From positions 283,340,001 through 283,404,000 of the forward strand of contig OZ024741.1 of the NCBI GenBank assembly GCA_964016885.1: DNA of 64,000 nt, read 5' to 3'. The DNA comes from Eledone cirrhosa (taxonomy: Eukaryota). How positions within the stretch are numbered: the first letter of the stretch is position 1; each line of letters begins with the position of its first letter. A program made the translations under genes and the position numbers. Under the pieces are notes generated by a model that had not been told where the DNA came from, did not search any database, and saw nothing but the letters and a program-made list of their open reading frames with translations. Shown one piece after another: positions 54,207 through 64,000 of the stretch.

Positions 54207-55113
54207 ATTTAATTAAATTCCACGTGCTGTTGAAGTATTGGATAGATATTTTATGGCGGTTGGCAGCGAAGACGCTGCTATGGTATATTTATTTACCGTT
54301 TCTTCATAGGTGCCTTTTAATCTTATAGCCTGGTCTAATTGATTTTTTGTGTGGTTAATTATGCTAATTGGGAGTTGAAATGATGTATATATATTATCAA
54401 ATAATTCTATCGACTTGCTTTACTTTATAGTATTTTGCTCTGATTATTTAATTTATTAATTCTTCATTGAGCCACATCGTGAATGGTTGCCAAAACACAT
54501 ATATGCCTGTGACTTTGTTTAATTGGTGTAAGGGTAAATATTTATATTTAATAATCTCCCGTAAGGTTGAGACACAATTTGGGCGATATTGGGCTGCGCT
54601 TTCTAGCAACCAATCCACTCGCCGTGAGCAACCAATCACACTCTTTCTGACTTGATCACTGCCATGTCACAGTTCTAAGCCATTTTGAATTTGTGTTTGG
54701 CAGGGGCCACTTCGGAAAAAAAAAATCTACCTAGCGAGTTTGTCCCCCGACGAGTTCGATACTCGAGGTTTATCCTTAATAGGATATCTCAAAATACGAA
54801 CGAAACCATGGTAGGAATTTAGTGATTTAATCCTGGTATGTATATAAGCATTTATAACTTTAATTTTATACCTAATTGTGTATGGTTGACCGTATATTTA
54901 ATTAATTTCCACGTGCTCTTGAAATGTTGGATAGCTATTTTATGGCGGTTGGCCGCGAAGACGCTGCTATGGTATATTTATTTACTGTTTCTTCATAGGT
55001 ACCTTTTAATCTGGTCTAATTGATTTTTTGTGTGGTTAATTATGCTAATTGGGAGTTGAAATGATGTATATATATTATCAAATAATTCTATGGACTTGCT
55101 TTACTTTATAGTA
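54207..55113 (+). mobile_element. non-coding partial-tandem element with hammerhead (retrozyme-like or non-autonomous PLE)
   Basis: direct repeats 54207-54432 and 54896-55113 (period 689); hammerhead-like fold at 54743-54817; ends in (TA)n. Confidence 0.6.
54743..54817 (+). ncRNA. type I hammerhead motif with extended stem II (U4-to-C variant)
   Basis: CCGACGA-GTTCG...CGAAC-GAAA-CCATGG-TA-GG; ACCATGGT palindrome; GUA triplet. Confidence 0.55.
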
Positions 55114-55173
55114 TATATATATATATATGTAAGAATATTTTCGAAACAGCGAGTGGGTTTGAAATTATTAGAA

Positions 55174-55485
55174 ATGTAAGTTATCGCCGTATTTTGACTA
55201 AAGAAATTAAAGAAATTATTTAGCCTGATAGTGGGGTTAAGAACCCTCGGAGAAATGGAAAAAGATGAGTATTGACGTACATGGGAGTCGAACCCACATC
55301 TTTGGTTATCCGGACCACTGTGCTACCATTTACACCAGCACAGTGGTCCGGATAACCAAAGATGTGGGGTCGACTCCCATGTACGTCAATACTCATCTTT
55401 TTCCATTTCTCCGAGGGTTCTTAACCCCACTATCAGGCTAAATAGTTTCTTTAATTTCTTTAGTCAAAATACGGCGATAACTTAC

Positions 55486-55487
<2 letters not shown>
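55174..55487. repeat. fold-back palindrome (151-bp arms) containing a tRNA-like head
   Basis: 55174-55324 versus 55337-55487, 2 mismatches; minus-strand A box TGGTGTAAATGG and B box GGTTCGACTCC. Confidence 0.92.
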
Positions 55488-55516
<29 letters not shown>

Positions 55517-55572
55517 AATATGTATATATATATATATATATGTGTGTATATATATATATATATGTGTATATA

Positions 55573-58500
55573 TCATCATCATCATCATCGTTTAACGTCC
55601 ATCTTCCACACTTGCATGGGTTTAGACGGGAGTTTTCCCACTTGAGGCAAGATTGGTTGCCCTGCTCGTATAGGACTGTCTGGCGAGTTTTCTACGGCTG
55701 GATGCCCTTCCTAACACCAACCACGTTTACAGTGTGGACTGGGAGGTTTTTACCGTGTTACCTACACGGCCACATTACAGCGTGGACTGTGTGTTTTTTT
55801 GTCTTTTTGTCGTGACACCTACACAACCTCATTTGTTTCGGACTGGATGTTGTGGTACCAACATAACTTCACATTGAAAGGGGTGGGGGTAGTGGGACTG
55901 GGGTGTATTTTTGTTAGAGGTGCCTATTGACTGTAGGTTTCGCTTTGTACTTAGGCAAGGCGGGTCTTCTGTATTACTGCATAGTGCCAAAGATCTCGGT
56001 CCAGTGACATTGTCTTGGAGAGGTGTAAGTGTGTGAGGTTGGAATTTATCAAGTCGTCCTAGGTTTTTCTGGGTCTGCCTACTCCGTGGCTACCGTCTAT
56101 TTTTATCGCCCTGCACTTTTTTATACAGCTATCGTCTTTCATGCGCATCACGTGACCGTACCAACGTAGTCTTTTCTCGAGTAAACAACATCTGATCCCT
56201 CTTATTCCTAATTTCTCCCTTAGTTCGTTTATGCTTTGCCGTTCACGTATATTACTATTACACATCCAGCGGAGCATGCAAGCTTCGTTCCTCTCCAGTC
56301 TGCGTATACCCTCTGCACACAATGCCCAGGTCTCACTGCCATGTAACATTGCTGTTCGTATGCAGGCATCATACATCCTGCCTTTCATTTTTAGAGAGAA
56401 CCCTTTAGCGGCCAATAGTGGTATAAGCTCTCTGAACTTTTTCCATCCCGTTCTGACTCTAGCTACTGTACTTTCAGAGCACCCTCCCACACTGCTGATT
56501 TTGTCACCCAGGTAACGGAAGGTGTCCACTATTTTTATAGAACCATCTGTGCAATGGAATGAGCTAGTATTCTGTGGGCACTTGCTGCCTCTTATTGCAC
56601 CAGAGCACCGGCCACATATAAAATCTATGTTCTTAGTTAGCTTACCTGTGATCCCACTACATCTTTTATGCACCCATACTTTGTATTTGGGACATAAAAT
56701 GGAGTTTCTGCCTACTCCTTTCCTACACACTGAGCATGGCCATTTCCCAGATGGGACCGGTGCCCTATTTTCCTTCCTACAAACTAGAACTTTAGTCTTA
56801 GACAAGTTAACTTTAAGGCCTTTTGAGTCTAGGCCATGCTTCCATGTTTGGAATTTCTTCTCTAGTTCAGCCATTGATTCAGCTATGAGCGTTAGATCAT
56901 CTGCATATAGGAGTTCCCATGGGCAGCCGGTCTTGAACTCCTCTGTTATAGCCTGAAGGGCAATAATAAATAGTAGGGGGATAAGAACGGAGCCCTGATG
57001 AACACCAACTTTTATGCTAAATTCTTCACTATATTCGTTGTTAATTCTAACCTTGCTGACTGTTTCTTTATACATGGCTTGTATAGCTCTCACAAGCCAT
57101 TCATCAACACCTAGTTTTTTAAGAGCCCACCAGATAATGGAGCGGGGGACTCTGTCAAAGGCTTTCTCCAAGTCAACAAAAGCTAAGTATAGGGGTTTAC
57201 TTTTAGCTAGGTACATCTCCTGTAGTTGTCGTACAATGAAAAGAGCATCTGTGGTACTTTTACCTGACACAAACCCGAACTGCATTTCATCTAGATCAAT
57301 TCGTTCTCTGATTAGTTGCGCTATTACTTTTTCTGTGACCTTCATGACCTGGTCTATTAATTTAATGCCTCTATAGTTACCCCTATCTAGGGCATCTCCT
57401 TTACCCTTGTAGCAGTTAATGATGATGCTGCTACACCAGTCCTTCGGAACGGCCCCATTCTGTATGACTTGGTTTCCTATCCAGGTGACCATAGTGTGTC
57501 CCACCGTTCCAGATGCTTTCAGCATTTCAGCAACTATTTCCGAAGGCCCAGCCAACTTACCCGTCTTCATACCTGTGATTGCCTTACTTATTATACTACA
57601 TTCAATTTGCACTGCTGGTCCCTCTATTGGATCGAAGTAGCCTTTTGTAGTGACACTTCAAAGCTACCTTCTTATCAGCATCAGTGATGGCAAGTACACC
57701 ATCATCATTAAGGACACACTTCTCCCCGACAATATCACGGTTTTCCTTGACACATTGCCTAGCAATCCTGAACACCTCACGTTTTTGGTCCTCGCGTTGT
57801 AGAATATGCTTGAACTTTCTTTCTTCTGCTTCCCTTCTTGCGAAGTACACTTGTCTCCTAGCTTCCCTCCTGGCCACTTGATAGTCTCCTCTACTTCCCC
57901 CATCTTCCCTCCTCTACTTCCCCCATACTTTCCAAGCCTGCTTTTTGGCCTTAATTGACTCCTTCACCTTATTGTTCCACCACCACGTTACTCTCCTCCT
58001 GCCTATAGGCCTGCTCCAGCCACAGACTTCATCTGCCGCCTTCAGCAGGTTAGCTTTAGGGATTCCCACTGTTCCTCTATATTGTACGACTCTAATTGCT
58101 CTTTCTTACTGTCAAAAGCATCAAGTAATATGCTTTGAAATTTATTACTGGCTGTGGGGTCCTTTAGCTTCCATATTTTTCTCCTGAGGATAGTCCTCCT
58201 CTGTTGTCGAGTACGTCTTGTCCTGACTATGAGGTCGCTGACTATGAGTCTATGTTGGGAGGTGCATTCTTCATGGGGGAGGGATTTAGTGTTTAGAACA
58301 GACACTATCACGTTTTCTGGTAAGGATATAATCTATCTGACTGGCGTGTTCCCCTGATCTATAGGTGATCAAGTGATTGTCTCATTTCTTGAAGTTATTG
58401 TTACAGATAGTTAGGTTATTTGCGTCACAGAATTGCAGGATTCTGGAACCTTCCTCATTTCTAGTACCAAACCCATAGCCTCCATGGATTCCGTCATAGC

Positions 58501-59135
58501 CAACACAATGTTGTCCAACGTGACCATTTAGGTCGCCGGCAATAATTATGTAATCACTGTCGGTTATTTGGGAGGAAGTGAGCATCAATGTCTCATAGAA
58601 TCTGTCTTTTATAGCACCAGGCAGTCCGGATTGGGGTCCATACACAGATATTACAGTCACAGTAGTTCTATTTAGGACAAGTCTTATTTTAATTATTCTG
58701 TCGTTCACTCTATTTACGTCTATTATCTTATCTACCCATTTTCCTGCTAACATGATTCCTACCCCACCCAGCCCATTGTCATTTCCCACCCAGAAAAGCT
58801 TATAGCATCGTTTTTTACCCACAATGAATCTAGCAGATCCTCCCCTCCACCTGGTCTCTTGGATACAGCAAACATCAACCTCCTTACGCTCAAGCATTTC
58901 TACAACCTCTTTAGAGCGACCTTTTAAGGTGCCTACATTCAAGGTACCAACTCTGAAGTTTTGGATTGCGTTTGGTGGGTGGGAATGGTGGGGCGCGGTG
59001 AGGGGCGAGGGGGATGGGGTTGTGGTTATGTTGGCCATCCGCGGCCGAAACAAAGAGAGGGAGTCCTTGCCTTTTCGTCCGGCAGCATGAGGTGAATTTG
59101 TCTTTATCTTTCGCATTGTCACTGAGTGTCACCAG
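55573..59135 (-). mobile_element. near full-length RTE LINE (EN plus RT), disrupted
   Basis: ORF 58382-59122 ([23 protein letters not shown]); ORF 56059-57612 (MQFGF, DLEKAFD, GVHQGS, YADD); internal deletions and a 23-bp duplication; GAT tail. Confidence 0.96.
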
Positions 59136-62806
<3,671 letters not shown>

Positions 62807-64000
62807 ATCATCATCATCATCATCATCAACGTTTAACGTCCGTGTTCCACGCTTGCATGGGTTTGGACGGGGGTAGTCCCACTTGAGGCAAGAGTGATTT
62901 TCTTGCTCGCATAGGACTGTCTGGCAGGTTTTCTACAGTTGGATGCCCTTCCTAACACCAACCACATTTACAGTGTGGGTCTGGGAGGTTTTTACCGTGT
63001 TGCCTACACGGCCACATTACAGCGTGGACTGTGTGTTTTTTGTCGTGACACCTACACGATCTCATTTGCTCCGGCCTGGATGGCGCGGCACCAACATAAC
63101 TTTACATAGAACGGGGCGGTGTGGATGGGGTGGGGGTGGTGGTGGTGGGACGGGGTGTATTTTGTTAGAGATGCCTACTGGCAAGACGGGTCCTCTCTAT
63201 TACTGAGTACCGCCAAAGGTCTCGGTCCAGTGACACTGCCTTGGTGAGGTGTAAGTGTGTGAGGTCGGTGTTTATCAGCTCGTCCCAGGTTTTTCTGGGT
63301 CTGCCTATTCCGTGGCTACCGTCTATCTTTATTGCCCTGCACTTTGTTATACAGCTATCATCCCCCATGCGCATCACGTGACCACACCAACGTTCCCTTC
63401 TCTCTAGTAAACAACATCTGATCCCTCTTATTTCTAATTTTTTCCTTAGTTCGTTTATGCTTTGTCGTTCACGTATATCACCATCACACATCCAGCGGAG
63501 CATGCAAGCTTCGTTCCTCTCTAGTCTGCGTATATCCTCTGCACACAATGCCCAGGTCCCACTGCCATGCAACATTGCTGTTCGTATGCAGGCATCGTAC
63601 AGCCTGCCTTTCATTTTTAGGGAGAACCCTTTAGCGGCTAATAGTGGTATAAGCTCTCTGAACCCTTTCCACCCAGCTCCGACTCTAGCTACTGCACCCT
63701 CAGAGCACCCTCCCCCACTGCCGATCCCGTCACCCAGATAACGGAAGCTGTCCACTATTTCTATAGAACCCTCTGCGCAGTTGAAAGAGCTAGTATTCTG
63801 TGGGCACTTGCTGCTACTTATATCCCCAGAACACCGGCCACATGTAAAATCTATGTTCTTAGTTAGCTTACCTGTGATCCCACTACATCTTTTATGCACC
63901 CAAACTTTGCATTTGGGACACAAAATGGAATTTCTACCTACGCCTTTCCTACACTCTGCGCATGGCCACTTCCCGGAGGGGACCGCCGCCTTATTTTCTT
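62807..64000 (-). mobile_element. RTE LINE 3' part with clustered sense-strand A-to-G hypermutation (runs off the window)
   Basis: ORF 63165-63923 homologous to 31097-31831 but with K>G, S>G, T>A, N>D, E>G, Y>C and M>V changes. Confidence 0.95.

Noticed and set aside
55271-55338. Functional tRNA gene
   Set aside because: The 5' acceptor strand is missing and the anticodon loop is atypical (no U33); treated as a tRNA-derived head.
62807-64000. APOBEC-type G>A editing of the sibling copies instead
   Set aside because: Independent siblings, including a more diverged one, share the A state and the conserved residues, so the change runs A>G in this copy.

Overview
AT-rich, repeat-dominated eukaryotic DNA. 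The [11 protein letters not shown]-type C2H2 array, the SINE/LINE inventory and the huge (TA)n/(CA)n tracts suggest a coleoid cephalopod (Octopus-like); this is inference. I see no intact host gene. The window holds a ~15-finger C2H2-ZNF pseudogene, many RTE LINE copies (two near full length), CR1, R4-like and Penelope-like (PLE) fragments, three Helitrons, mariner/hAT/piggyBac-like remnants and tRNA-derived SINEs. Most long ORFs in the track are microsatellite artefacts. Three signals stand out. (1) The RTE copy at 62807-64000 has about 27 clustered, strand-specific A-to-G changes against its sibling copies, as if an ADAR-hyperedited RNA was reverse-transcribed into the genome. (2) There are several PLE-type hammerhead ribozyme motifs, one inside a non-coding 689-bp-period partial tandem (retrozyme-like). 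(3) Four near-perfect fold-back insertions lie next to TA tracts, one folding at a hammerhead core and one at a tRNA-like D-arm. All alignments and counts were done by eye, and element edges are approximate.
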